Positions 1 to 12,995 of a stretch of 38,990 nt of DNA are shown in pieces. The notes under the pieces are model-generated. The model did not search any database, was not told the DNA's origin, and was given only the letters and a program-made list of their open reading frames with translations. The position numbers were made by a program, and so were the translations under genes. This DNA comes from Calcarisporiella thermophila CBS 279.70 (Eukaryota; Fungi; Calcarisporiellomycota): positions 19,393-58,382 of the forward strand of contig NW_027192219.1 in assembly GCF_041956535.1 (NCBI RefSeq), in the 5' to 3' direction. Positions within the stretch are counted from its first letter, which is position 1. Each line of letters opens with the position of its first letter.

Positions 1-232
1 GTCCACTTGATCAGAAGCTGAGTCTTGATTATTGAAAAAGATCGCCCTTACGATAAGTACAACGATTACATTGGTTTCACGTACAGGCTATTCACGACAA
101 CTACGATACACGCATATCGATTGAACGTCTATCGATCAAGGACCTATATCTCGTTATGTTAAGTCCATTGACATTAACTTCATGTAATATATGGAAATTA
201 AATAAAAGTTTCCATTAATTGATCAAAAAAAA
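1..232 (+). mobile_element. possible 3' UTR/poly(A) end of a non-LTR retrotransposon, truncated by the window edge
   Basis: AATAAA (201-206) is followed by ATTGATC-A8 (218-232). The same ATTGATC-(A)n terminus ends the LINE-like element at the other end of the window. No ORF is visible, so the call is weak. Confidence 0.35.
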
Positions 233-243
233 TATTAAGAATG

Positions 244-567
244 GTCACCCTTGGTTGGCGTAGTGGTTTGGGACCCCGGAGCCAAATCACTAGGTAGCGG
301 GTTCGATTCCCGTAGGCGACACCCGTCCATGAGAGTTTGCCGGGTTTTTCTCAGGACTCAACCGCTATTAATAGTATAGCAACAAGCAAGTAATATCAAG
401 CGGCTACAAAAATAGGTAGCAAAAATCCTTAGGAGAAATCCGACTATAAAAATGGGAGGCCAGGGGCAGTACCTGAGTGATTTTGACGTAGAAGTCTACC
501 CTTCCATTCCCTTCAGATAAAAATCATCAAGTGGAAGTAAAAAATACATCCTAAGGGAGAAAAAAAA
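244..567 (+). mobile_element. tRNA-derived SINE, copy 1
   Basis: Pol III A box TGGCGTAGTGG (256-266), B box GGTTCGATTCC (300-310), A-tail (560-567) and candidate TSD TAAGAAT (236-242 / 568-574). About 10 differences in ~320 bp from the reverse complement of 38120-38446. Confidence 0.85.
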
Positions 568-807
568 TAAGAATTACCTGATTTTCACAATCTATTATAA
601 ACTGTCTGTATATATAGTCAAATACTTTTCTATTCTTGACATTTCTGGAAATCCCAGTTTCGATTCTGCTAGGTATATGAACCAAAATTTTTCAAACGAT
701 ATATCCTCTCTGAAGGACATTTCTTATATTCTTATTCACAATTGGCTGCGAAACTTCAATATGACAAATGACGAATGAATTCTAATTTTATACCACTGTA
801 GAAGTTA

Positions 808-2114
<1,307 letters not shown>

Positions 2115-2500
2115 TTCATGTTAAATTTGTAACATTTTATTTTCTCATTCAAAGCTATTGATTTTTTTTGTTCTTTTTTGTACCATAATTGTCTTCGATT
2201 AAATAATGGCAAGTAAAATGATTGTTTAATAACACGTTTGTTCGAAACAAATTATAATTGCATTTGAACTGAATAATTAGGACCTATAACAATAGGTTTA
2301 AAATCACAAATTAGGTGCTATTGTGGAGTTTTGATATTGTAGTATAACAATAAAGCCACAGAATTTCACAATTATTCAAGAGTATTTATTTATATTAAAT
2401 TGGTAATGCACATATTTCAAACACTAGGAAAAGGTTATATTACTGTACAGGAAATAATGGTAGAGCGTATAAAAAGCGGAGTTTGGAAAGAAAAAACTTT

Positions 2501-2971
2501 TCACTTGGAGCTAGTGTACTTCGTCACAGCTTTAGTTCCTTCTGAAACAGCGTGCTTTGCTAATTCACCAGGAAGTATAAGTCGAACAGCAGTTTGAATT
2601 TCTCGGCTTGAGATAGTCGAGCGTTTATTGTAAGCAGCGAGCTTGGAAGCCTCCGCTGCAATCCGTTCGAATATATCACCAACAAAGCTATTCATAATTG
2701 ACATGGCCTATATAAAAGTAAAGGCATTTTTAGAGTGATTCAAGAACATATAAAACTCGGTACCCACCTTGTTAGAGATTCCAGTATCGGGATGGACTTG
2801 CTTAAGCACTTTGTAAATGTAGGAATGGTACGTTTCCTTGCGCACCTTCCTCTTCATTTTGCCGCCTTCACCTTTAATCTTCTTTTCTTTCTTCTCGATA
2901 GGAGCTGCCGTCTTCGCTGGAGCTTTACCTCCGGTAGAAGCGGGTTTTTTCTCAGCTGGCTTCGGTGGCAT
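2501..2971 (-). CDS. HTB1: histone H2B (exons 2971-2768, 2707-2501)
   Basis: [18 protein letters not shown]|AMSIMNSFV...AVTKYTSSK joined across GT-AG intron 2767-2708. Confidence 0.99.
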
Positions 2972-3043
2972 AGTTGAATAGAAAATACGAGGAAAGATTG
3001 AATATGGGTGCTGGATATCGCGGAATGTGCTTCAAAAGTCCTC

Positions 3044-3219
3044 TTTTTATAGTTCCTTCACTTTGTACTAATTTTTTGAATTTTTTTTTTGAAACGCGAA
3101 ACCAATTTCGCGCCAAAAGTTAAATTGTGGCTAGGTTTCGCGAAAACGCGAAAATTTTTTTCGCGTGATCGTAAAAAAAAAATTCAAAAAATTAGTACAA
3201 AGTGAAAGAACTATAAAAA
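3044..3219. promoter_or_regulatory. inverted-repeat bidirectional H2B/H2A promoter
   Basis: 47-bp arms at 3044-3090 and 3173-3219 (1 mismatch), each ending in an outward-facing TATAAAAA. The 82-bp spacer holds five CGCGAAA/TTTCGCG sites. Confidence 0.85.
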
Positions 3220-3311
3220 AGCCGCAGTTTTATGATATGTTTGGACTAATTCTTCACAAAAAACTTATATAATTTTCGATTCTCTTTCCAAATTAACGAA
3301 TAATAATCAAT

Positions 3312-3789
3312 ATGTCTGGTGGAAAATCTGGTGGTAAATCTGGAGGCAAAGCTTCGTCTGGCAAATCTTCAAGTTCACGCTCGGCTAAGGCGGGTTTGCA
3401 ATTTCCAGTCGGTCGTATTCATCGCCACTTGCGAAACGGCAATTATGCACAGCGTGTCGGTGCTGGCGCCCCTGTGTACTTGGCGGCTGTTTTGGAGGTA
3501 GGTTTCTAAGGTCCTTAGCCCCCTCATTTAGCAAGCTCTTACCTAAATCACCTATCAACAGTACCTAGCGGCTGAAATTCTCGAATTAGCCGGCAATGCT
3601 GCTCGTGATAACAAGAAAACTCGTATCATTCCTCGTCATTTACAACTTGCAATCCGAAACGACGAAGAATTGAACAAACTCCTCGGTCACGTAACCATCG
3701 CACAAGGAGGTGTGTTACCCAATATTCATGCTTCACTATTGCCTCAGAAGAGCAAGATGAAGAAAGGTGGAGAATCCCAAGAGGTGTGA
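3312..3789 (+). CDS. HTA1: histone H2A with C-terminal SQEV motif (exons 3312-3497, 3562-3789)
   Basis: [12 protein letters not shown]...YLAAVLE|[12 protein letters not shown]...GGESQEV; GT-AG intron 3498-3561. Confidence 0.99.
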
Positions 3790-4279
3790 GCGAGATTCAA
3801 TCCTAATCTGTGTATATAGTTCGTTTCTGCTTAATTTTTTTCAATCTACATTTAATCACTTGCGAATTTTGAAATATATTTAGTATTGTATTTGCTCTCG
3901 AATCATTTATTTCATTCAAATTGAAATAATCCTTTTTCCTGGAAAAAGAATAATCTCAAATTTCATTGAATAGGAAATCAGATGATACTTTGTATCGATG
4001 GCGAATCGTTCTCAATTAATAATACTGGCATATCTTGCAAATTTCTTTATATATTTACAATGGTGATGACGAGTCTGAATAGCTTTTAAGCACCAGCATT
4101 GGCAGTCCGGAAGGGATACTTGAGATAAACATCTGAAGCCCAATTTCGTGCAAAGTAGAGCTGAAATTGTTGTGACGTAGTAGGAATTGGGGCTAATTAT
4201 TGTTTCTTTAACTCAGCGTTATAAGAAATATAAAATTATCGTGTTGCCCTAAGAGGTGACTTGAACCAAATCGTTATCT

Positions 4280-5140
4280 ATGAAACTTAGATTAACCGAA
4301 AAAATACGATCGGCTGCACGTATTGCGGTCACAATATCGCAAGAAAAGACCGAGGAGCTCGACTTAATCCTGGATGAACAAAATGATATTCATTTTATAA
4401 CTTTAGAACTTTTACAGCACATCTCGAAAACACTGATCTCCAGTGAACGTGAGTCTGGAGAGGATATCGGTAAGAATTAAATTTTATGCGCATTCCTCAT
4501 GTCTTCTCTAATGTCATGTCTCTAGGATCTTCGAAATTTTGGCTCCATAAACTCTTGGAGGGTACTAGTATTTATATCCCTCCGGTTAGTCCCCGAGAAA
4601 AGGTCTGTGAAATCGTATGCTACTTTCTTGTCCATCTTGTAATTTATTTTATTTTATAATTCAGAGCCCTGAACTCCTCCAACGTCTAGAAGAAATACGC
4701 ACCGATCTTGCCAATAAGGAATACGCGCGTATGGTTGGGAATCCGAATCTTGCTGGACAATCTACAATACCTCTAGACTCCACAACTTATCAAGAAGAGC
4801 TTCGTGAGGCTACCAGAATAACCACGGGAATTTTTAACATCCTATTTAGCGTTGCGGCAGTATGCACTGCAATATTTTACGCCTCTAGAACAGTGACAGA
4901 TGACCCAGGCATGGTAAAACACATTCACTTAACCCCTTATAAATATAGAGCGTTCTTATTTATTTTCTCCTTCGATTCATATATATGCTACGCTAGCGAG
5001 TGCTACTAGCCCTATCAGGAGGCATAGTCATAGCGTCTGCTGAAAGTTTCCTGTATTATCGATACTACGAGAACACTAACAAACCACCAGCAATTAACAA
5101 GTCAACACAGCATACATATGTGAAGTCAAAAACACTCTGA
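4280..5140 (+). CDS. VMA12: V-ATPase assembly factor Vma12/TMEM199-like (4 exons)
   Basis: LHKLLEGTSIYIPP...SPELLQRLEEI...EYARMV, two C-terminal hydrophobic helices and a C-terminal KSKTL di-lysine ER-retrieval signal. Confidence 0.8.
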
Positions 5141-5304
5141 TATTTATGTATAGGTTTTTATTTGTATACTTAATAAATACTCTTCAGTTATTTCGACTGT
5201 TCTTACACAAGGATCTTGCAAATACGCGTGATTTAGCTAAACTCCGCCCATTTTCTAATCATTTCAGTTTTTTGTGCACACAAGGCAACTCTTCACCGTA
5301 ATCA

Positions 5305-6635
5305 ATGTTCAAATTCATCGCCATTTTCTATATCTTCGTCGCTGCCTCCAGCGCATTCACAATTCCCAATGTTCTCAATTTTCAGAATAGACCGCTGCAA
5401 TTCGGTGCAAAAGAATTAGGCTTGAGATTAATCTCCACCAATGATTACGCGCCTCCGGTATGGATGACAGAACCTCAGATTCAACTCCTAAAGATACAAG
5501 GGAAGAAATTCATCGATGTGACTGACGAACAGGTGCATGTCTAAACTATAAGGGGTGTCCTTAGGCATCGCTAATAATTTTTATTGGATTTTGAAAAGAA
5601 TTTTAATCCTCAGCTGTTCTCTGTTGAGCGACCTGGTTAGTGATTACATAAATTTGACGATTCTATAAAAGGTGATCTCACTAACATTGTATTGTTACGT
5701 TAGCTATACCGAAAGATGTATCCCATCAAGATGAAGTGAAAAATCTTTTAAAGAAACTCTCGCTCTCAAACTTACGCACTACTCTTACGAAATTCACCTC
5801 TTTTCGCAATCGATATTATAGATCTAAATACGGGGTTCAATCCGCCTCCTGGCTTTATACTTACATATCTGATGTTATCGCTTCTAGTAAAAGCAATATC
5901 ACGCTTATTAAGTATAAGCATGACTGGGAGCAATTTTCAATTATTGCAAGATTTCCTGGAACTACTTTTTCCAACGAAACAATTGTGGTGAGCGCGCATC
6001 AAGACTCTATAAATGCATGGCTTCCGAGTATTGGCCGTGCTCCTGGTGCCGATGATGACGGAAGTGGCACTGTTTCAATCCTTGAAGCATTTAGAGTCCT
6101 TGCCGCTTCTAATTATGCTCCCAAACGTACAGTAGAGTTCCACTGGTATTCAGCAGAAGAAGCTGGATTGCTTGGATCGCAAGCAGTGGCTAGAGAATAC
6201 CGAAAACTAGGTAGAATAGTTGGAGGTGTGCTACACTATGATATGACGGGTTGGGCTGGAGGCAAGGAAGAAGTTATGGGTGTGATCACTGACTATGTTG
6301 ACAAAGAACTGGTCGCTTTGGTAATCCGATTGATAGAAAACTACGTGTCCATTCCTTGGAAATACACCAAGTGTGGGTATGCATGTAGCGACCACGGTAT
6401 GTTGATATTCACAATTTTTTTAGCTACATCTAATCCTTCCTCATTTTTTTTCCCGGAAGCGTCCTGGACCAAAAATGATTACCCAAGCGCTATAGCAACT
6501 GAAGCCAGATTTGAGGATACAAATCACAACATTCATAGTTCCGACGATACAATTGATAAATTGAACTTTGAACACATGCTTGAATTCTCTAAGTTGGCCG
6601 TTGGATTTGCCGTAGAAATGGGCTATGCGCACTGA
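5305..6635 (+). CDS. secreted M28 leucine aminopeptidase (LAP-type), 4 exons
   Basis: Signal peptide MFKFIAIFYIFVAASSA; motifs SAHQDS, APGADDDGSG, AEEAGLLGS, DMTG, CGYACSDH|ASW and IHSSDD. Confidence 0.95.
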
Positions 6636-7264
6636 GTTTGGGAAACCGACACTATAAATTATTGTATGATGCGTTTTTTTTCTCCGACCTGTCTTTGGGA
6701 ATCATTTATTTATATTTGTAATTATAAGCATGATGATCCACTTTAAGGATCAGAACAGTAGAAAGTCTAGCATGTATACTTACTGCCATGAGTAGTTGAT
6801 TTTATTTTATGAAATTAACGTTTAGGCTGTGTATAAAATACATATGGCCTTTACAAATGGGCTTGGCTCTGAGTGATAGGAGCCTAATATTGCGAGAGAT
6901 TTGATTGCATATTTGGGTTGGGTTTTTTCAAGTTTTTAAATATTCCATCAGCAAATTCAATCTTCGTTTATATATTCTATGCTTAACATTGCATTCTGCT
7001 ATAATAAGATAGTTTATCAACAGGGCTTTAATTTATGCCTACAACGATATTATTCAACAAGCTGTGCCTTTATTTTACCCCTCCGTTTCCTCTCATTGAA
7101 TAAAAATTAAAATTGGAAAACATTTTATATCTGTTGGATTCCTAATAATTTCGATTTTTATTTTGGTCCGTATTTCTTTTCTCACCCTCAACAGATATTC
7201 AAGGGAGGAACTTCTAGATATACGCAATTAGCATCAATTCAAATTTTACATCTCGACAAAAACG

Positions 7265-9048
7265 ATGGCATCGGGAAATGATGTGCGCGAAATTCTAGAG
7301 TTGCCAAGGAGTGCTACCTCTACTCCAAAACCAAGGTCAAATCGGCCAGAAAAAGAGAAGAAACCAGGTTTGATCATTTAAATGATCAGATCAAATTTTA
7401 AAGAGTGTAACCAAACCATTCTATATTGATCTTGCTCTAGATGGAATTAGTCGTGAGTTATATCAACTTATTGGCGGTGCTCCACCTGTCGCTCTTATAA
7501 AACCGACTTACAAGGCAAAACCAAATTTAAAGAAAAGAGCTGTGAGCTGGTGAGCATGTTTTTTTATTTTTTTTTCGTTTATGTCGAGTAATTAGTTCGG
7601 TTTGTTATCCTACAGGACTTGGAGAGGATTTATTAATCCGTCTAGAACAGATAATCTAGTGTTATATCATTGGGTAAAAGCGAGCGAAGATGAGAAGGAA
7701 GGTGGGTTATCAACTTTTACTCGCACTTTACGCATAAATTTAATATTTATAGCTCTATCAGAATATCGATTTGCAAAATTCAATCATACTACTGAGATAA
7801 TTGAATACACAGACGACGATTATGTGAAGCATTTAGCCGATATAGATTGGACGAAGGAGGAAACCGATTATTTATTTGCTCTTTGCCGCACATACGACTT
7901 AAGGTTCCCGGTGATTACTGATCGCTATGATTTTCCAGGGAAATCGAGAACAATGGAGGCAAATATGATTTTTTTAAATTAGAGGTCTTGTCCATTCACA
8001 ATAACGCACTGTGATAACTAGGATTTGAAGGATCGATATTACGATGTGAATCGAAAACTGCTAAAGGCTCGTTTAGCGACCTCTGAGAGCGGACACTTGG
8101 ACAACCATGTAAAAATAAAAGCAATGGCATATGATAAAGCACGAGAAGTTGAACGTAAAAAGAATCTAGAGCAACTTTTTAGACGCACTCCTGAACAGAT
8201 TGAGGTGAGCGGATCTTGTCATTATTTCATATATATTTTGATAGCTCACACACCTAATACTCCAATTCGTAGGAGGAAGAAGCTCTGTTTATTGAGGCGG
8301 TGCGAATTGAACAAAATGAAAAGAAACTGGCAAAGGAGCGAGAAAATGTGATGCGCTTCCTCCATACTCTAGAACCACTTCCAAGCCCTGCTTCAGGAAA
8401 TCTTATTGCGACACCCACAAACATAACCTCCATGCAGAGTACAACAACTCCAACTGCGGACAAGCATAAGAAGAAGAAGCATAAAGCGGACGCAACACCA
8501 GCTTCCGAGTCTCCTACTGCTTCATTTGGTGAGTCGAGTAAGAAATCCAAATCACTTTCCGTCTCAGAAAACAAGGAGTCGCTCTCTGCTGCAGAAGTTG
8601 CTGCTGGTGTCGTGCGTAGTCGTGAGAAATTGGTACCTGGAGTGTATGTGCGCAGCCAAAAAATGCAGCAGATTCGGCAGAGTGCCCTGGCTAAGGTTAC
8701 TAAAGTTATGGAGGAATTAAATATTGGCCCAAGACCTATAATGCCTACCCAATCGGTTTGTGCGAAATTCGAGCAGCTGCATTCAACTATTGTCACTCTG
8801 CTAGACATGAAGCGGCAACTGGATAGATTGGAACAGGAAGTAAAGACGCAGCGACTACGGAAATCTGGCGTGGGATTAAACACACCCATCGATGGGGAAA
8901 AAGAAAAGAAAGAGGGTGCCACAGGGGTACATATATAATATACTCAATACAAATGACTATTATTAATTTTTTTTTTGCACAGCAAAAGCGACCTGCCAAC
9001 ACTACGCCATCTGGAACACCTCGAAATATTAAAAGAGGGCGAAAGTAG
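7265..9048 (+). CDS. SWC4: SWR1/NuA4 subunit Swc4 (DMAP1 homolog), multi-exon
   Basis: DVREIL; GISRELYQL; F.NPSRTD.L.LYHW; SANT domain WTKEETDYLF.LC..YDLRF; RTME|DLKDRYY; GVYVRS; PIMPT. Confidence 0.95.
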
Positions 9049-9605
9049 TTTATTGCGGAAATATATTGCTTTCCCTTTTTATTGTATATTTTTTGCAATA
9101 TTATTTTCTTTCTCTAGTTAGGATTTTCAACTACAGGAAATAAGTTTTAGTTTCAAATCTGAGCCCTCTGCGCCACGGATTATTGCCCTATATTGTCCGT
9201 TCTTATTTTTTTTTCTTTTCTTGCTTCCAAAGCATTTGTATAGCTTCTTTGTCACTAATAGTGGATCAATTCTAACGATTATCTTCTTTGTCCGCCTCGA
9301 ATTCGCCCCCATCTGCGAAAAACCTTATTAGTTGTTGGATCTCTTTTTTCCCTTTTTCTGCCTTCAGGACTGTTTTATCGTTGATCTATTTTACTTTTTA
9401 TGCTTTGTGAGTGAAATTACTTTCGCACTTGTCGAACAAATCACCTCTGGTATATGCCCTTATTTTCTTCTTAATTTTTTTGGAAGAACGGTACCGCTTT
9501 CTCGGATCTCAATTTCTTGCACGATAATCGACCCTCGAGTCGCATCGATTTCGAATCTCAAACTCTTGATTTCCAGCTTTTTCTTTTTTCTACCAGTAGT
9601 CAGAG

Positions 9606-10726
9606 ATGTCGTCTCCTGGTGTAAGGCAGCAGGGAAAACGTCAAGAATACCCTTTCTCGAAACCAGGTGGCCAAAGGTATGCATTATCTGGGCGCTTATT
9701 CATGATTCTCTTTTTATTGACCGGCTGTTTTGTTGCAGGCCTGCCAATAAGGGCAAGTGGGGTTCCACTCCTCAGAACCAAACTGCTAATACCCGCGGCA
9801 GCCATGCCTCATTTCGTGCCGCCTCGCCTGCGGGTCGCTCATCTCCCGCCCCAGCTTGGAATATTGATAAACAAGTGGAGGTAACGCGTGATCCTGACAC
9901 ATTACATATGCATGACAGGATGTTGTATTTGTTGGTGAACATGATTGTGAGTAGAGTAGCTGACCAACATTTTTTACCGAATATGCACTGATGAGTGAAT
10001 TATTTTTAGGGAATGCCTATTCAGGCGACTGTCAAGAACGGAATTAAATACGAGGGTTTGCTTCACGCAGCAAATCCTGACGGCGAGCTTGCGGTTGTGC
10101 TCAAACTTGCACGTAAAATATCTACGGATTCTGCTGCCGCACACGAGCCCTCTCCAGTGATACCCAATCTTGTTATTCAAGCAAAAGACCTGCAGGAACT
10201 TTATATTGCAGACTTGGACTTCACCGGAGCGCACCGAGCGTACGGAGAGCGTGACGCTTTCCGCACCGACACAGATATCAGTGGCCGTGGCGCAGAGTTC
10301 AGAGAGCGGGAACTGGAACGATGGAACGCAGAGGACCATCATGGATCATCTGAATTATTTGGCGGATTGGAAGAGGATGTTGGACTGGCCGACAACAATG
10401 CATCGCCAGGCAATGGAACATGGGACCAGTTTGCTGCTAATGAGCAGAAATTCGGCTTGACAACCGATTTTGATGAAGATATCTATACCACTAAGCTGAA
10501 CCGTGACACTCCTGACTTCAAGGAGAGAGAGCGCAAAGCGGAACAGATTGCTAACGAAATTCAACGTAGCACTGCTTATAATGTACATGTGGCAGAGGAG
10601 CGTGGTATATCCGTTGATGATAGTGGAATGGATGAAGAGGATAAATATGGGGCTGTAGTTCGTTCGGGAAGACCTGATAGATATATGCCTCCTGCCCTTC
10701 GTAAATTACACGAGCAGCAGCAACAA

Positions 10727-10782
<56 letters not shown>

Positions 10783-12761
10783 ATCTGTTTCCTCGCAACC
10801 CCCTAGTGCTAAGCCGCCTTTGACGAAAGAGCAGCAGAAAGTTGCACAAATTGCTGCTATAAAACAGCAGCTTTTAGCACCTTCTCCGATTCGCCATGCA
10901 GAACAGAAGCCTGCTCCAGTATCCCTTAAAAAACCCCCGATTCCAACATTGCCCCCTAAGGTGCTTGAGAAATTAGCCAAGATGAAAGCCCCTGCACCGC
11001 TTCCAGAAACCTCTTCTACCGCATCATCCACCACAACCACTACCACAACCACAGCCACCCAGAAATCAAGTCAGCGCGTTTCGAGCTTGCTTGGATCGGT
11101 TGGTAAAACTGAAATGGTATATTTTTGCAATACTTTAAATATACCGATGAATATGTTAATTTTTTTCGAACTTTTTCTCTTTTTTTAGCAGAAAACCACC
11201 GTCGACGGCAAACCCATTGAGCAAACTGTTGCAAATACCTTCCGTGCATTTGCCGATAAAGAGCGGGAGAAATTGACAAAAAAGAAACTATCATTGGTTC
11301 AAAAAGAAAAAGATAATCGCATGGCCGAGCTGATCAAATTTAGCAAGAATTTCAAGTTGAAAACCCCTATGCCTGATGACCTGAAGCCTATTCTCACAAA
11401 GTCTAAACAATCCGGGGGTGAGGAAGACGAGAAGAAGACTGCAGAGGGTGAAAAAGACAAGAAAGCGGTTGAGAAGAAACAATCCGAGACAAGGAAGCCG
11501 GCAGATACATCTGAAGTAGCAGCCAAAGAAATGGCGCCAAATGAGGAGGCCACAAGCAATATCAAATCTGAGAAAGCAGGAGCAACGCCATCCTCGCAGC
11601 CTGCGCCCACTAAAAAAGAGGAAACCGGTGAAGCACGACCTGCTTCTTTATCAAGTGCCTCAAGTAGCGACAAACCTTCGGGATCCTTCAAATTTAATGT
11701 CAAGGCTCCAGAATTTCGCTTCAATCCTACGGCTAAAGCATTTACTCCTGGTCCTGCAACTGGCCCTGCGGTTGGTAGTACAGGAGCAATCGCCCAAGAT
11801 AAACATGCCGTTGCCTCTGCAGATACATCTCCATTTTTTGGAAACAAGCAATTGAAGAAGGGTCATATGTCGATTTGGAAAGCGCTGGGATCGCCGTTTG
11901 ACAAAAACAAACCTCCCGAACCAAGCTCTGTTCGTGAGTATTGACCATTTCATCCTGAAACTCTGCGTAACTATAATAGCACTTTTTTATATTATTACTA
12001 TAGAGCCGAGATGGCCTTGTGGTCAGCGCTCCTTCCGCCATCAATTCCAGGTGACAAATACATATGATGAGGATATATATGCACAACAAGTTCCCATTCC
12101 ACACGCCTACCCTGGTTATGCGTATCCAGTGCCACCCTATCGGTATCCTCCTCAAATGATGGGCAATATGCACCCTGCAATGCAGCAAGCGCCGATGCAA
12201 TATGTACCCGCTGGATTTGTTCCTGGCATGCCCTATACAACCGCGCCCATTCCTGGTGCACCGCCCGTGTATAGCCCGCAGATGCCACATCCTGTTCCTC
12301 CTCGTATGTGCTCTCTCCTCTTCCACTAGACTACCTATGTTTACTAACTTGACTTTGGCAATTAGAACCATACAACGCCGAGGGCTATCCCTCACCCCCC
12401 AGACCTCCAATGGGCCAAGCGATACCCCCGCAGATGTATCAGAGCCCCTACCATCAACCAGGACATGGTACGATTATTTTTCCTTTAACCTTCTTGGATT
12501 TATGTCTCCATAACCGTTTTATTCTCTTTAGCTCCAATGATGATGCGCTACCCGCAGGAAATGATGCCGCAGATGCCGCCTTCCAGCGTAATGATGTCGC
12601 CTGTCGCTCCTCAGCGCCCACCTCCTATGATGATGGACCCATCTGGAATTATGCATCCATATCCTGGTGATCCGCATCCGCCACAATCTCAACCACAGGG
12701 AATTCCACCTCCTCCGCCACCGACTACTGGCGGAATGGAGATGCCACCCGTCGAGCAATAG
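9606..12761 (+). CDS. PBP1: ataxin-2 / Pbp1 homolog, multi-exon
   Basis: Lsm domain (HDRMLYLL...G...YEGLL), FRTDTDIS, ERELERW, LsmAD (WDQFAANEQKFG..TDFDEDIYTT), PAM2-like FNVKAPEF/FNPTAKAF and a Pro/Met-rich low-complexity C-terminus. Confidence 0.95.
10715..10783 (+). repeat. mixed CAG/CAA repeat encoding 23 Gln
   Basis: 23 consecutive CAR codons counted directly, just after the LsmAD domain. Confidence 0.97.
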
Positions 12762-12995
12762 AATTCTTTTTTTTTTTTTGAGAGAAATGAAAGCCTGGTT
12801 GTGAAAGCTTGGTTTCGGGTTTGGATTTATTTGAGAATTTTGTCTAAAACATGGGATTGCTTTTTTTCTTTCTTATTTTTTCTTTTTTTTTTTACTTTTA
12901 CTTCTTTCTTTTTCTTTTATTCTTTCTTTTTTTTTCTATTTTATTGTCTTGTCGTTATCTTCTTTTACTTGGTATTGGTTTCCTAAGTCTTGTTT

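Noticed and set aside
244-320. Functional tRNA gene
   Set aside because: A/B boxes and a T arm are present, but there is no proper D or anticodon arm, and the sequence continues into a repeated body and A-tail.
7371-7388. Perfect 18-bp palindrome TGATCATTTAAATGATCA in SWC4 intron 1
   Set aside because: It is real but isolated and AT-rich, with no supporting context for function.
10576-11058. Poly-Cys/poly-Val antisense ORF
   Set aside because: Antisense shadow of the PBP1 polyQ and Thr tracts.
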